Source: the human T2T-CHM13v2.0 reference genome, Homo sapiens. Taken from it: 64,000 bases of DNA. Location of the stretch: assembly GCF_009914755.1 (NCBI RefSeq), contig NC_060938.1, one strand, 5' to 3'. Below the pieces are notes generated by a model. The model worked only from the letters and a program-made list of their open reading frames with translations. It had not been told where the DNA came from and made no database searches. Both the position numbers and the translations under genes were made by a program. This document shows positions 26,099 to 44,898 of the stretch, piece after piece (within the stretch, counting starts at the first letter, position 1; each line of letters begins with the position of its first letter).

Positions 26099-27388
26099 GT
26101 AAGAGTTTATCTTAATGGGAACTGATTTCTGTTTTTCTCAGCCCTTATTGGTGGTAATTGGAGGGAATTTATTGTAATATGGAAGAAGTAACACATATTA
26201 GTTATCATGAATGTTTTATCCTTATTTAACATGATCTCTTAATATGAATTGTTTTGACAGACATTCTATGGAGTGAGACAAGTGATAAAATAGTAATTTT
26301 CATCTAGGGAGTCCAGTTGATCTCTTTGGTAGGATGTCACTGATAGGTCTTTTTCCTGGTTGATATTTTGTTCCTTAGCTTTTCAAGTCCAGACTTTGGA
26401 TTTTATAAGCTTGCTCGGAGTTAGTCACATTCAGAGGGCCTGGATTATTTTAACAAACTCATGAGAAAATGATCTGTAAACTGTAATACCACTTTAATAA
26501 TTTATGAGATATAAAACTTAATTGAACCAGAAAGCAATCTACAATCTTTTCCTTTGAGAAATACTGGAGAGCCTTTAAAAATTCCAATTCTTTAGGCTTC
26601 TTCATTTTAAACTTCATGCAGACTCTCTTTCTTCAGATGTTATAATACAGTTGATTGGGTTTAAACTTACTGGTTAACAGTCTCTTTATATTTCTCTCTT
26701 GCTAAAAATTAAGAACAAATCAACATGTTTAGAATTTAGGGTGTTTTGAAAACTCTCTTGAGTCTTTATAAGTCCTTTGGGTTAACTCTAAAAGTAGTTA
26801 AAGTTGTCTGTATTGATTTCATAGTTTAAGCTCCAGAGTATTCCCTAATTTTCTCCTTCTTGTTCCTTTGTGGGCATCTTCCTATTGCCTCTTGCATAAA
26901 CTATACTTGCTTGTTTCTAAGACCAATATTGAGCTTTTGGTTGAAATAGTTTGAGAATTTCTTGGGTACAAATTTTTGTCAGATACTTTTCCTACCCATC
27001 ACTTTTTATATCATTAAAATTAATAATACACATGTATTGAGATTAAAAGAGGGAAGATTTTTGAAAGATGCAACGTGAACCTTTTATAACTAGAGCAGAA
27101 AGATTTTTAGCCTCTTTAAAGGAAATCCTGGCATTTAAGAAAATGTGTTTTCATAACAACATGTTTCATTCTCTCATTAACAATTTCTTACTCCATAAAT
27201 AATTATTGAGGTAGTTGTGAAAAATGCTTACCAGTTGAGGATCTCTTTTATTTGTCTTAACCGTGAAACTAATTTTGAGTTAAAAAGCCCATTTGGAGTT
27301 CTTACCACACCTCAAAGCTGTCTGTTTTAATACTTTGAGAATGTGAGGAAGTGTATTTGATAGACTAAGTCTATCAAATACTCTTTAG

Positions 27389-27695
<307 letters not shown>

Positions 27696-28038
27696 AGGGA
27701 CTTAATTTTTTTTAATGAGTATCTTTTTAACCTGAGATGCTTAAAATACTAAATTTTTTATTGTGGTCCTGGAACTTGTTATATATTAGTTTTGAAAATG
27801 GCTAATTTTTACATCTCTGTTTTTAGAAAAGATATATGTGAACTGGAAAAAAAATAAGGGTATGAACGTGAATTGGCTTTAAGTTCAAAGTTTATGATAG
27901 CTTAAGGATTTTATAGTCTCTATTTTTTTAAAACCTAGAAAAAAGAATTTTATAAGAAGAAATTGATATAATTATTTATTTTAGCCTGAGTAGTAATGCT
28001 TTAAGAACGTATTACTGCCTGGATGGACATTTGGGTAA

Positions 28039-28274
28039 ATAATGATGGAAAATATTAAATTGAGGCAAGGATAACAATTCAGTATATATGATGTATTAAA
28101 ATTTACTTCAACATTGTCTTAATATAGGTTCACTATTGGTTGTTCACTGATAATGATGGAAAATGTTAAATTGAGGCAAGGATAACAATTCAGTATATAT
28201 GATGTATTAAAATAAAATTTACTTCAACATTGTCTTAATATAGGTTCACTATTGGTTGTTCACTGATAATGATG
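28039..28274. repeat. 111-bp tandem duplication upstream of SCFD1 exon 3
   Basis: Copies at 28039-28149 and 28150-28265; ataatgatg at both starts and again at 28266. Confidence 0.95.
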
Positions 28275-28295
28275 ACACATGGTTTTTTTTAATAG

Positions 28296-28384
28296 GTACT
28301 CATTTATGACAGATTTGGCCAAGATATAATCTCTCCTCTGCTATCTGTGAAGGAGCTAAGAGACATGGGAATCACTCTGCATCT
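28296..28384 (+). CDS. SCFD1: SCFD1 exon 3 (VLIYDRFGQDIISPLLSVKELRDMGITLH)
   Basis: aatAG / GTgagt; 89 nt; SM-family WKVLIYD motif spans the exon 2-3 junction. Confidence 0.97.
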
Positions 28385-28686
28385 GTGAGTTTTTACATAT
28401 TTCTAATAGTGGTATTCATTTAAAGAACATTTATAGAGAAAAATAGTGTTAGGTTACAGTATTTATGTAGTATTGAACATTTTTTCCCTGTATCTTCTTT
28501 ATTCAACCCCTTATTTCTGGGATTTAAAAAAATCCTCAGTCTGAGGCTTTATAATTTCAGAATTTAAATTTTCTGCCTTGTGGCTTTTCCTTAGATTTGG
28601 TTTACCCTCTATGTAAAGGAAAAGAACTAGTAATCTTAAGGTCTCTTCCAGCTCTAAAAGTGTTTTGTTCCTTTAATTTAAATACA

Positions 28687-29373
<687 letters not shown>

Positions 29374-29582
29374 ATATTTTTTTAAAAAAAAGGAATATCT
29401 AATTAATCATTAATATGAAAAATTTAAGTGACTATGAAGTAATGACTGTTAATCACCATAGTGGGCTATCTGTGTTGTCTTAACTGTTAAGTTTGTGTGA
29501 TTATATTGCTTCTGATATGTTTAATAAAAATAAAACAAATGCAGTACTTTATGGGCTTGCCTAGTAGAACATTTGGAGAAGG

Positions 29583-29890
29583 GGCCAGGCACAGTGGCTC
29601 ATGCCAGTAATCCTAGCACTTCTGGAGGCCCGGGTGGGCGGATCACTTGAGGTCAGGAGTTCGAGACCAGCCTGGCCAACATGGTGAAACCCCGTCTCTA
29701 CTAAAAGTACAAAAATTAGCTGGGCATGGTGGCGTACCCACCTGTAATCCTAGCTACTTGGGAGGCTGAGGAAGGACAATTGCTTGAACCCAGGAGGCAG
29801 AGGTTGTAGTGAACCGAGATCGTGACACTACACTCTGGCCTGGGCAGCAGAGCAAGATTCTGTTGAAAAAAAAAAAAAAAAAAAAAAAAA
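29583..29890 (+). mobile_element. Alu (AluS-like)
   Basis: Full dimer; TSD agaac(a/g)tttggagaagg. Confidence 0.95.
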
Positions 29891-30149
29891 GAACGTTTGG
29901 AGAAGGACTGTGTTCATGGATAGATACTAATACTTCTGTATACTAAAAGAGTCCAATTTTATGGTGTTCTAAGCTATTTGCATTTTGTTCTATTTATGAT
30001 GTTATAACCAATTTTTATGATATCATATATTGAATTGAAATGTACTCTTACTGGGAATATAGTTTTAGATTTTCGATAAGTAACTTGACAGAATCTGGTT
30101 TAATCAGCTCAAATTCTTCAGTTGTATAATGAGCATTTGTTAATAGACT

Positions 30150-30321
30150 GTTATAGTTTGTCAATTCCAAATGTCCTTTTTTACATTTCTGAAATTAGGA
30201 TCTATCTTATCACTGATGATATGTCATAACTGGCAGCATTTTTATTTCTCAGTAGTATATAAAATATATTTTAAAAATTATGTTTTAAAATTGTTACCAC
30301 CTTGGGTTTCATGAAATACGG
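30150..30321. mobile_element. MER104-like Tc2 MITE
   Basis: ctgaaattaggatct...tggcagcatttt...atgaaatacgg; similar to the 35268-35410 copy. Confidence 0.55.
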
Positions 30322-31765
30322 TATTTGATGAGTTTTCCTTTCATTTTTATGTCAGACTGAAATAAGCAGGTTTGCTTTGATAATGTGTTAATTTTTATGG
30401 ACTGAAGTAAAGTTTAACTTCATGCTATCCTTGGAAATTGTGGTTTATTAATAAACATTGAGTGCCATTGTCTCTGTACTAAGTGTTTAACTCCTTTATT
30501 TACTAATGGAAGGACTGAAGTTTAGAAGGCTTAAGTGATTGTCTCACATTTGTACAACCAGTTAATAACAGAGCCATGGCCACATTGCTTGACCACTAAT
30601 TCTGTGCTGTTTATCTACTGAACTGTAATGGCTCAGTAACAGTAACTAACAGAAGTGAGGCCTTACTCAGTACTTCATTCAGGGGTAATAGGATAGTCTA
30701 CCAGTTTGAGAGTCTCGTAATCTCTGCCTAACTTGCTACTTGCCACCAGAGCATGGAAATATTACACAGCTACCATGGTGAACTCTTGTGTACTTTGCCT
30801 CCAACCATTCTCCTCTATTTGCTGGAGAATACTGTATCAGTTACTTTATACCCTGCAAGCTGGTTTAGGCTAATTTGTAGGAAACAGTAATTACAAGTTT
30901 CCACAGTATGAAATGGTGGTTGTAGCCCATTAGACAGTTGGACAAGCAGTGTGAAAAAGACCACAACCTATGGCAGCCATCACATTATCATTCTTGATAT
31001 CAGTGGCAACAGTTATTAAACACAGACTCACTGGCAGCATGTGCCTCTTTCCTCTCTCTCCTTGATTATAGAAGGATGACTAGAGAGAGGTGAATATTCC
31101 TCATATAAGCATGGTTTGATGTTGGGATATTTGTATGGAAATTGTTCCTAAATTGTAAAAGGAGAAAACTGTAAAATGACTTAATCTATAAGATGCTTAC
31201 ATTCTCTTATGAAACAATAAATAGACAAAAATAGATTGTCTTTAATTTTTAAGGAAACATTTATATACCTTTCATTTAAAAAATATATTTGATTTCATGT
31301 TTGGTTAAATTTTTTTATAGCTTCTAAAGAATTGCTTCTAAAATTTTTTTCATTGCGTCCCCTAGCTTTCTGATTTTCCCCTCAGAGAGCCACACTTTCC
31401 TCACATTCACCCTTCCCCTCTGACCACCACATTTCTATGAAAAGTGGGAATAAGATTGATTCTGAATATGTTTTAGTTCTCATTCAAGGAGAGTGTTGGT
31501 AGAAAAGAATGTCTGACCATAAGCAGTGCTAAAAGTGTGAGCAGAATAGAACAAATGAAGACTAACAAGAAATTAGGGTCTTACTAATGCTAATAAATAA
31601 TAACAACACTGACATGGGAGAAAGATAGGTTAACTCACTGATTAATTGCAACAAGAGCTTTTAGAGCACTGGTTACTGTCCTTGAGCTAGTGAACTCCCA
31701 TTTTGAGGAATATTGTTTTAAATAAGTGAATAAAAAAATAAGTTTTAGTTCCTTATGTCTTCTAG

Positions 31766-31856
31766 GCTTTTACACTCTGATCGAGATCCTATTCCAGATG
31801 TTCCTGCAGTATACTTTGTAATGCCAACTGAAGAAAATATTGACAGAATGTGCCAG
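31766..31856 (+). CDS. SCFD1: SCFD1 exon 4 ([30 protein letters not shown])
   Basis: tctAG / GTaata; 91 nt; SM-family PAVYF motif. Confidence 0.97.
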
Positions 31857-32045
31857 GTAATATGGGTTCTTATTTTCTGGACTCCTGAATTTGGAAATGG
31901 ATTTTTTTTTCAAGAAAAATTCCTAGATGTCCAGGGTGAAAAATCAGAAATTCCTATGCCTACTTTCTCACTCTGATTTTTGAGACTATCTTTGAATTCC
32001 AAATAGCCTGAAAGACTTAAAACTTTTGGCTGAAGAAGTATTATA

Positions 32046-32391
32046 CAGTAGTCCTCTCATGTCCACAGTTTCACTTTCCACAGTTTCAGTTATCCACAGT
32101 TAACCAGGTACTGAATATATTACAGTATTTTGAGAGACCACATTCATATAACTTTCATTACAGAATATATTTTCTGTAATATATTTCATTACAGAATATA
32201 TTTTATAATTGCTCTATTTTATTTCTAGCTATTGTTGCTAATCATTTACCGTGCCCAATTTATAAATTATAAATTAAGTTTTATCATAAATATGTATGTA
32301 TAGGAAAAAACATATACGGTTCAGTACTACCTGGTTTCAGGCATCCACTGGAGTCTTGGAAAATAACCCCTGCAAATAAGGGCAACCACTG
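32046..32391. mobile_element. MER44/Tigger7-like MITE
   Basis: TA-flanked cagtagtcc...ccactg; ttcaggcatccactgg motif. Confidence 0.8.
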
Positions 32392-33052
32392 TACTGGTAA
32401 AGTCTGAGTCTGGCTTTAACAAACAGAAAGCCTAGGTATATTGCCTTTCTAACTTATATAGGGTTTTCCTTTTCTAAAATAAGGGTGAGATTAGGAAGTC
32501 CACACTGGTGCAGAAGTACTATAAGGTAATCAAAGACCCAGGCTCCTTCTGTCGCTGATCATTCGTCTTTAGTTTGTTGGTTTTCCTTGTCTTGCTTGTC
32601 GCTGCGCCTGTAGGCATCAAATCTATGTTCACATCAACAAGAAGAGGGACATGGACTGTGCCAGCCCTGACTGTTGATTTTGATCAGGAATTTAAGCCTT
32701 TCCAGAAACTCCCAGAAGACCTTTATTTATTTCTCACTAGGTAGAATCAGTTACAAGGGTGGCTGCAAAAGTCAATATTTAGATGAGTCACCCCAAAGAA
32801 AATCTAGCAAGATTCTTTTAGCAAGGAAAAGGAGAAAAGTAGATATTGGATAGGTAAGTAACAGTGTCTTCCACAAGTCACAACATCTTTGTTATTGACT
32901 GTTGAATCAAATTGCTATTTAAATTGTTAGTGACGTTTGCAAATTTTGTGTCCTGTGTAGCTTTATGATGCCCAGCTTTCTCTTTTACCCTGCGTAAACT
33001 CAAGTATGCTATTCATGAAAGAGGTACCACTTGCAATCTCTTCTTCTTTCAT

Positions 33053-34705
33053 TATTTAAATAACACCTTTATTGAAATTATAATTTACATACCATACAAT
33101 TCACACATTTAAGGAGCACAAGTGTATGGTTCATTGGTTTTTAATATAGTCACAGAGTTTTGCAACCATCACCACAGTCAATTTTAGAACATTGTCATTA
33201 CCTCAAAAAGAAACCTGGTACCATTTATCACATCCTCAACCCTCCCCCATCCTCTTCCATCCCTAAGCTACCTTCTGTTTCTGTATATTTGCCTACTCTG
33301 ACCATTACATATGAATGAAATCCTATAATATGTGGTCTTTTGTATATGGCTGATTTCTCTTAGCATAATGTTTCCAAGGTTCATCCATATTGTAGCATGA
33401 ATTGGTACCTTATTCCTTTTCGTGGCTGAATATATTCCATTGTATGGATGTACGAAATTTTATTCATCCTTTTACCACTTGATGGACATTTGGATTGTTT
33501 CTACCTTTTGGCTATTAATAATGTTGCCATAAATATTCATGTGCAGGTTTCTCTGTGGACATGTTTTCAATTCTCTTGTGGCCGTAAACACATAGGAATA
33601 AAATTGCATGGTCAAATGATAACTCTATGTTTACCTTTTTAGTAATAGACTGTTTTGCGAAGTGTGGTTGCACCATTTTATATTCCCACCAGTAGTGTGT
33701 GAGGGTTCTGATTTCTCCAGATCCTTGCTGAACACTTACTATCCGATATTTTTATTGTAGCCATCCTAATAGGTTTGAAGTGGCATCTCATTATAGTTTT
33801 GATTTGCATTTCTGTAATTAATGATATTAAGCATCTTTTAACATGCTTATTGGCCATTTGTATGTCTTTCTAGAAATATCTATTCAGATCATTCACCCAG
33901 TTTTTAATTGGGTTGTCTTTTTATTGTTGAGTTGATAGAATTCTTTTTCTGTTTTGGATACTAGACACTCACAAGTTTATGATTTGTAAATATTTTCTCC
34001 CAGTCTATGGGTTATCTTTTCATTCTCTGGATAATGTCCTTTGAAGCACAAACATTTTTGATTTTGATGAAGCCCAGTTTATCGGTTTTTTTTTTTCTTG
34101 AGTTGCTTATGCTTTTGGTGTCATATTTAGGAAACCATTCCAGATTCTTGTGTTTTCTTCTAAGAATTTTATAGTTTTGGCTCTTACCTGTAGGTCTTGA
34201 TTCCCCTTTGCATTATTTTTATATATGGTGGGATGTAGGTGTCCAACTTTATTCTTTTGCATGTGGCTATCCAGTTGTCCCAGCGTAATTTATTAAAGAG
34301 ACTATTCTTTCCCTAGTGAATGGTCTTGGCAGCCTTGTCAAAAATCAGCTGACCACAGATATCTTGTTTGATTTCTGAACTCTCAGTTCTATTGCATTGA
34401 TATCTATGTCTTTCCTTATGCCTGTACCACACAGTGTTGATATCTCTTGCTTGATAGCAAGTTTTGAAATTGAGAAATTGTGTCCTCCAACTTTGTACTT
34501 TTTTTCAGACTGTTTTGGCTTTTCTTGAATTTCCAAATTACGATTAGCTTGTCATAAGTTTTGTGCTTCTTTTGTTAAATTTATTCTTTCATGTGTTTAA
34601 TGCTTATTATGAATGGAATTCTTAATTCCATTTTTAGGATTCTTCATTGCAATTGTATAAAAATTCAATTGATTTTTATGTATTTATCTTGTATCCTGCA
34701 ACCTT
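33053..34705 (-). mobile_element. Old L1 (L1MB-like) 3' part
   Basis: Antisense L1 3' UTR and ORF2-end sequence. Confidence 0.85.
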
Positions 34706-35267
34706 GCTGAACTTATATGTCCTTTTGAAATGTATGCATCATTCTTTGACCACTTCCTTACTTTCTGGCACAATAAGATGTTCCAATATAGCCTAGGATT
34801 TTACTTTCTCTGTCTCAGCCCAGGATTCAGACATTTTTCTGAGGAGCTCTGGTTGCTTTCTGTAAAGAATGGTATTTAGGAATCAGGATCTAGGCATTAG
34901 GTATATTCATTGTGACTAGAGTGTCACTGTTCTTAGGTCCTCTCAATGGAAAAAGTTAGGAAATTATGTATTTATACATACACTTTTATATCTGTATTTA
35001 TTTCTACAATTCTCCCTCTCTTCCCCTCACCTATCCAGATAAACAGATAACCTCCAAAACTGTTTCAGCTCAGCAACACAGGATTCACTCTAGCGTTTCC
35101 CTTTTCTCTTTACAAATTTGTAACTCCTTTCTCAGAGTGAAAAACATGGTTCCCAGTATCGTGAACATATTACTTATTTCTCAATCCTCATACATAAATA
35201 ATTTCTTGACCTTGATTGAACCACTACCCTGATCACCTTCCTCACAAAGGCTCCAACCCCTCAATGT

Positions 35268-35410
35268 TTCACATTTTAACATCGCTAAAATCAGGTGCAT
35301 CTTAAAATTGATCATGCCACAAAATTTTATTGGCATCATTAATTCTTAGTGTTACATAAAATGATGGTTCTTGTTACAGTCAATGACATCTTAGATTTAA
35401 GGAAGTATGG
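35268..35410. mobile_element. MER104-like Tc2 MITE fragment
   Basis: ttcacattttaacatc...tacataaaatgatgg...catcttagatt. Confidence 0.6.
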
Positions 35411-35943
35411 TTATTTCGATATCTATTTGCTAAAAGTATAAGAAGATAAGTAAATTTGACTTAAGAATTTGCATAACTTAAATTGCACTACTTTTGAGCA
35501 GTTGAAAAGAAATACCTCTAGAATTGGTAATTGGATTTATAACTTGTCTGTGTGCAATGAAGGATTTGTTGTGTCATCACATGTCCAGAACAGTTGAAGA
35601 TCGTGTCTGCCAAATATAACAAGCATTTTACTATATTAGTGGACCATATCTGGATATTTTAAGAAGAATGCAGATAGGCTGTATGAAAGCAGTTTGTACT
35701 GTATTGTAATTAATGAGATTTTGTTGATAATATAATTTTATTACTTTATTAAGAAACATTTTAGTTACATCTGATAACCAGATAACCAGTACTACTTCAA
35801 AGGTTTTTTCTCTTGGGATACTTTTTTTGATTGTCATTTAAATATCCTGTCTTTTAAATATAACTTTGCCTTATAGTAGTTGAAACATATGTATTCATGG
35901 TCTTCTTTATCCTATAAGAATAAAGTTTTCATTGTATTGATAG

Positions 35944-36066
35944 GATCTTCGAAATCAACTATATGAATCATATTATTTAAATTTTATTTCTGCTATTTCA
36001 AGAAGTAAACTGGAAGATATTGCAAATGCAGCGTTAGCAGCTAGTGCAGTAACACAAGTAGCCAAG
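35944..36066 (+). CDS. SCFD1: SCFD1 exon 5 (DLRNQLYESYYLNF...TQVAK)
   Basis: gatAG / GTaaga; 123 nt, phase 0-0. Confidence 0.96.
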
Positions 36067-36889
36067 GTAAGAGAGTTTGGTGGGTTGATGACATTTTGTC
36101 AATGTAAAATTTAACACTGTTCTGAAACCCGTAGTTGGCATAGATATCTATTTGACAGATGACCAGAACAACAGAATTGTTTAGGCTCAATACTTTTATA
36201 AAGAGTTCTGATAATATAAATTATATTCAAGTTGAACTAGGCAAAATAAGCCAAACTAAAGGAACCTATTATTTAATGAATTTGAAAGACAGAAATAAAA
36301 AGCAGAATGAGTTTTGCTTTAGTCTGTGATTTGTATAATATTTTTAGGTCAACTCAGAAATCATTTGACAGTTGTATTGTCATAAACTGTATTGAAAGTA
36401 TGTTGACATTGTTTTATCTGTAATCATTATAATCATCATACTATTTCCAGATATTTTTTTTACTTAGGAAAGAGGATCCAAAGTGCCCGTGTTGCATATT
36501 GAGATCCAAAGTGCCTCTGTTGCATATTAAGAGAAAAAGAACCCATGACAGGCCTGCAATTCTACATCATAGTGACTTTTTAGTCAGGTTCAGCTTCAGT
36601 TATAAATCAATTTGTAAAATATATTTCAGGTTATAATCCTGTAATGCTCTGTGTTTCTTGAATTTGGACAAGATATGCATTAAAGTTCCAGACAACTATC
36701 TAGGACAAATAAAAGACTAAACAACCATGCATATACTTTCTATTCTTTTTCTACTGATAGATTTTTCATTGTTAGAGTTAAATAGACCACTAATATTTCT
36801 GATTAGTTTTTGAGGCTTATGCCTTTAATCTTTGTGCTCAAAATTTATTAACTTCACATAAAATAATGGGAACAACTTTTGTTTTCCTT

Positions 36890-37105
36890 CTTGTTTTGTT
36901 TTGAGACAGTGTCTCGCTCGCCCAGGCTGGAATGCAGTGGTGCAATCACTGCTTGCTGCAATCTTCAGCTCCTGGGCTCGTACCACCCCACCCAGCTAAT
37001 TTTTTTAATATGTTGCCCAGGTCTCAAACTTCTGGCCTCAAACAGTCCTCCCACCTCAGCCTCCCAAAGCTCTGGGATTACAGGTGCAAGCCACCTCACT
37101 CAGCC
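36890..37105 (-). mobile_element. Alu (AluJ-like, internally deleted)
   Basis: Antisense Alu segments. Confidence 0.85.
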
Positions 37106-37595
37106 TTAATTTGGTTAACTAAATTCAGTGTATTTCAAATAGTTCTCTTAATTTTTCTCCTACTCTGCACTTCCAAAGAACTGGCATAACTTTTTCCCAC
37201 TTTATTAGAAAAGTTCTTGGTGTAAAACAATTACTGTGACTTTTTTAGGAAAATGTGATGAAAATGATTGTTAAAATTGTATGTTTTCTTCAAAATTGAT
37301 ATCCATTCCCATCACAACCACAATTTAAGTTCTTGTATCTGCTTAAATTTTGTTTTCTGAAAATGTTATTCTCCTCCTTCATATTTATTGCCCAAAGACT
37401 TGTTTTTATTGCCTTAACTTACTCTTTACTCCTCATTCTTGTTCAATTAGGCTGTTACACAGTACAATTTTTAGTTATTGAATGTAATTAGGATTTTTTT
37501 TCATTTCTACCATTGGTAGGTTAGAGCAAACTAAATTTACTTTCAATATGGCTATATTGTAAGATTGATTTGTAAACCTTTTCTTTTGTTTCTAG

Positions 37596-37683
37596 GTTTT
37601 TGACCAATATCTCAATTTTATTACTTTGGAAGATGATATGTTTGTATTATGTAATCAAAATAAGGAGCTTGTTTCATATCGTG
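37596..37683 (+). CDS. SCFD1: SCFD1 exon 6 (VFDQYLNFITLEDDMFVL...VSYR)
   Basis: tctAG / GTatgt; 88 nt; exits phase 1. Confidence 0.96.
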
Positions 37684-39853
37684 GTATGTAAAAATAGAAA
37701 TGTTGCAATTCTTTGTTAACAAAATGAATGGTATACTGTAAGAAAAAAAGTGAATATGTTTAATGGACTTCAAAACCAGCTTGTTTACAGCAGTAGAGCT
37801 ATAGAAGCTTTTTAAAAGCACACAGAGAAAACAAGGCTCAGACTGAATTTTATTACATTTAAACGTTTAATAAACCTGTTTTGTAAATTCAAAGAAGTAC
37901 CAATTCTCTGACCTTTTCTATACCCCCACAGCAACTTGCATGAATGGTTCACTCATGGCAAGTAAGACAATATTTTAGTAGCAGATTTCAAATTTATCAT
38001 CTAGTACTTTGATCTTGGACAAGAACAAGTTAGCTTGCTTCTCTGTGCTTATAAAACACTGGAACCAGATGATAAGCTCCCTGAGAGAAGAGAATGAATC
38101 TTTTGGTTTCATTGAGCTCTAGAGCATCTGTTCTTGTGGAAATTCCTAAGAGGATATAAGTATTTGCTCAATTGTTCATGTGAGAGATTTTTGACAACGG
38201 TTATTATTCACAGAAATCTATTTACAGTTGCATTTTAAATGAATTAGCAACTTATTTAAGTTACATATTTTAAAACCTAGTTTTCCTTAAGCCTTTAAAT
38301 TGAATATGAATTGTGTTATATTGTTTATAAATCTGGTAAAGTAAAAACAAGCATCTTTACTTTATTCTTGATGGATTAACTCATATTGAACAGATTAAAT
38401 TCTCCTAATCAGTCCCCTTTAACAAGTTTAATCAGAAAAATTGGTGTGTTGAATTCCCTTAAACATTTTAAATTTTATTAATAAATTCAGAATATTAAGT
38501 GGTTTTTTTTTAGGTACTGTACTTCATATACCAGACCAGACAAGTTTATAATTCTAACAAGCAAAATCTGCCCAAGTGTTTAAATAATTCTGTAAAAATA
38601 ATTAAATTTGTAATGAGTGTAAAATTTGCTAAATATTCGTATACTTATAAGTTTAATTACATTTTTATACCTGCCAGCTTTTTTGAAAGATCACATGTTT
38701 GAGATTAATTACAAATTTCAAAGTGTAATCACATGGCTAATCACCCAGATTCTTAATAATGATAATAGTAATAGCTTGCTCTATGCCAATCAGTGTTTTA
38801 AGCATGTTACAATATGAGCTAATTTACTCCTCAGAATAACTTTATGAAGTAGAAATTATTTCCATTTTCAAGATGAGAAAACAGACATAGCTGTAAGTAA
38901 CTTGATGAGGAAATGGTAGAGCCAGCTTACTAAACACAGGCAGTCTCACTCCAGAGATAACATTCTTTATCATTATGTAATCATATACCTAATTGTCTCA
39001 AATGGTACAATGCTTTAAAAATTTTAAACAAATATTCCTAAATATGATTATATTAATAGCGTGGTATTGATTTGCAAATATTTTTCATTCTAAACTTTCC
39101 ATGGATTGGGAGCAAGGAGATTTATTATCTCAGTCAAACTAAGGCTGCTATCTTAGACAAAGCAACTGTTATCTCAAGTTGAGGTTATTGATTAGCAGTT
39201 TATGACTGTTAGGTCATAAACATAAAAGTTAGGGTTACTTTTCATTGAGAGATGTGGAACTAGGATATAGGACTCAAGGGCTGGATGCTTCCATGTAGAT
39301 TTTTCTAGTGCCAGTAATTAACAAAAATGTACAAGTGATTTAACTAAAAGGTTTGAAGTGTCTACAGATCACTTGTGCCACTGATTAATGAAATGAATTG
39401 GGTATGTTTCCTTGAATTGATATCCCCTGAATTCACATAATGCAAATTGTATTCTTTATGATATTGATTTCTTCTGATTGAAATAGATGGTATTTGCAAC
39501 ACCTGAGTAATGGCCCATTTCCTTCTTTTAGATTCTGTGTTGCCTGATTGAATTATTTTATTATGTGTTGTCTGGGTGGGCCACGCTTTCTGTAGATACT
39601 TGGAGATATCCAGTTGAATTCTGCTTTCCTCTTATAGTAACCACAAGTGGTATTAAATTTTATATGTGTTTTCACTTTCAGGATATTGGGACATTAAAAA
39701 TACTTTGTAGATAATAGTTTAGACACTAATCTTTCAACATATAGTTATTGATGTACTTCATCAGACACTGGGCCTTGATATTGTGAGAGGAAGATAAGTA
39801 AGTCAAGGTCTTTGTCAAAGACAGTCTACTCAACAATGTTTCTTAAAGTGTAG

Positions 39854-40208
<355 letters not shown>

Positions 40209-40692
40209 TCAAAATTATAGGTTTTTTAGAATTATTCATATCCATACAGAATCCCTAAAGGAAAGGGATAAGAATCTTTAATTTTTAAAAACGTCCAGAG
40301 AATTTTTCCCCATATTCCCTGGGTGATTCTTATACTCAGTAAAGTTTGGGAACTACTTATATACACTCTTGTAGATTAGAAGAGAAATTTATATAACTTA
40401 ATATAAAGAAAATGATATGCAATGTTGGTTGTGCTGTAATTTATTTGCATTTCCTTTTCTGGCTGTAGTTGGGTAACAGAATCAGTAGTTTCTTGAGGCC
40501 ATCTAGTGTTTATGAATAAAACTATGGAATATGATATTTATTTTCCTTTTTGTCAAAAATTTTGTAAGTTTACATCGTGGGGTTGTTTTTCTTAGTAGTA
40601 GTCTCCTAATGTCTGATATTAAGGTAGTTTGTTGTGGTTATTTATTTTTCTCTTTGAGGTGGTATAATTTTTAACAGATATTTATTCATTTA

Positions 40693-41002
<310 letters not shown>

Positions 41003-41134
41003 TTTAAACCAAAAAATTTCACTTGCTGAGTTTTATTATATGTCAATTAAGAATTTAGTAATAATTTTAGGAGTTTTAGAAAGATGAGGCATAAGTTTGG
41101 GTCAACTTTTTCTCCTTTTCCTATGTCATTTTAG

Positions 41135-41224
41135 CCATTAACAGGCCAGATATCACAGACACGGAAATGGAAACTGTTATGGACACTATAGTTGACAGCC
41201 TCTTCTGCTTTTTTGTTACTCTGG
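41135..41224 (+). CDS. SCFD1: SCFD1 exon 7 (AINRPDITDTEME...FVTL)
   Basis: tttAG / GTaagt; 90 nt, phase 1-1. Confidence 0.96.
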
Positions 41225-41662
41225 GTAAGTTTTCCAGTCTTTCTGGTTATTCTTCAAAGTAAATTATTTAACAAGTAATTTTAATGTATTACACTGTAAT
41301 GTGATTCGTTCTCACTTACCTGGATCTCTAGAGGTTCTCGAGTGGAGTAAAATATATATTCAATAGTATATAAAAACAATTCTTCCAATAACTTGATGTG
41401 GTTCTCTTAACATTTAACAGATCTATTGAGTTGTCATTTTAGATGTCTTTGGTAGTTATAATTTTCTACCATATTATTTGAATGGCTTGGTGGTGACTTC
41501 ACCTATGTGCCTGTTAATTTTCTTTTAATATTTCATTATGAAAAATTTCAAACACATTTCTAAATAGAGAAATAAATGTTTGGTAACTATTAAGTTCAGA
41601 TGCCCAAGGCTCCAGAAAACATTATGTATGTAATACTAATCTACCTATACCTTCAAATTTTA

Positions 41663-44898
<3,236 letters not shown>

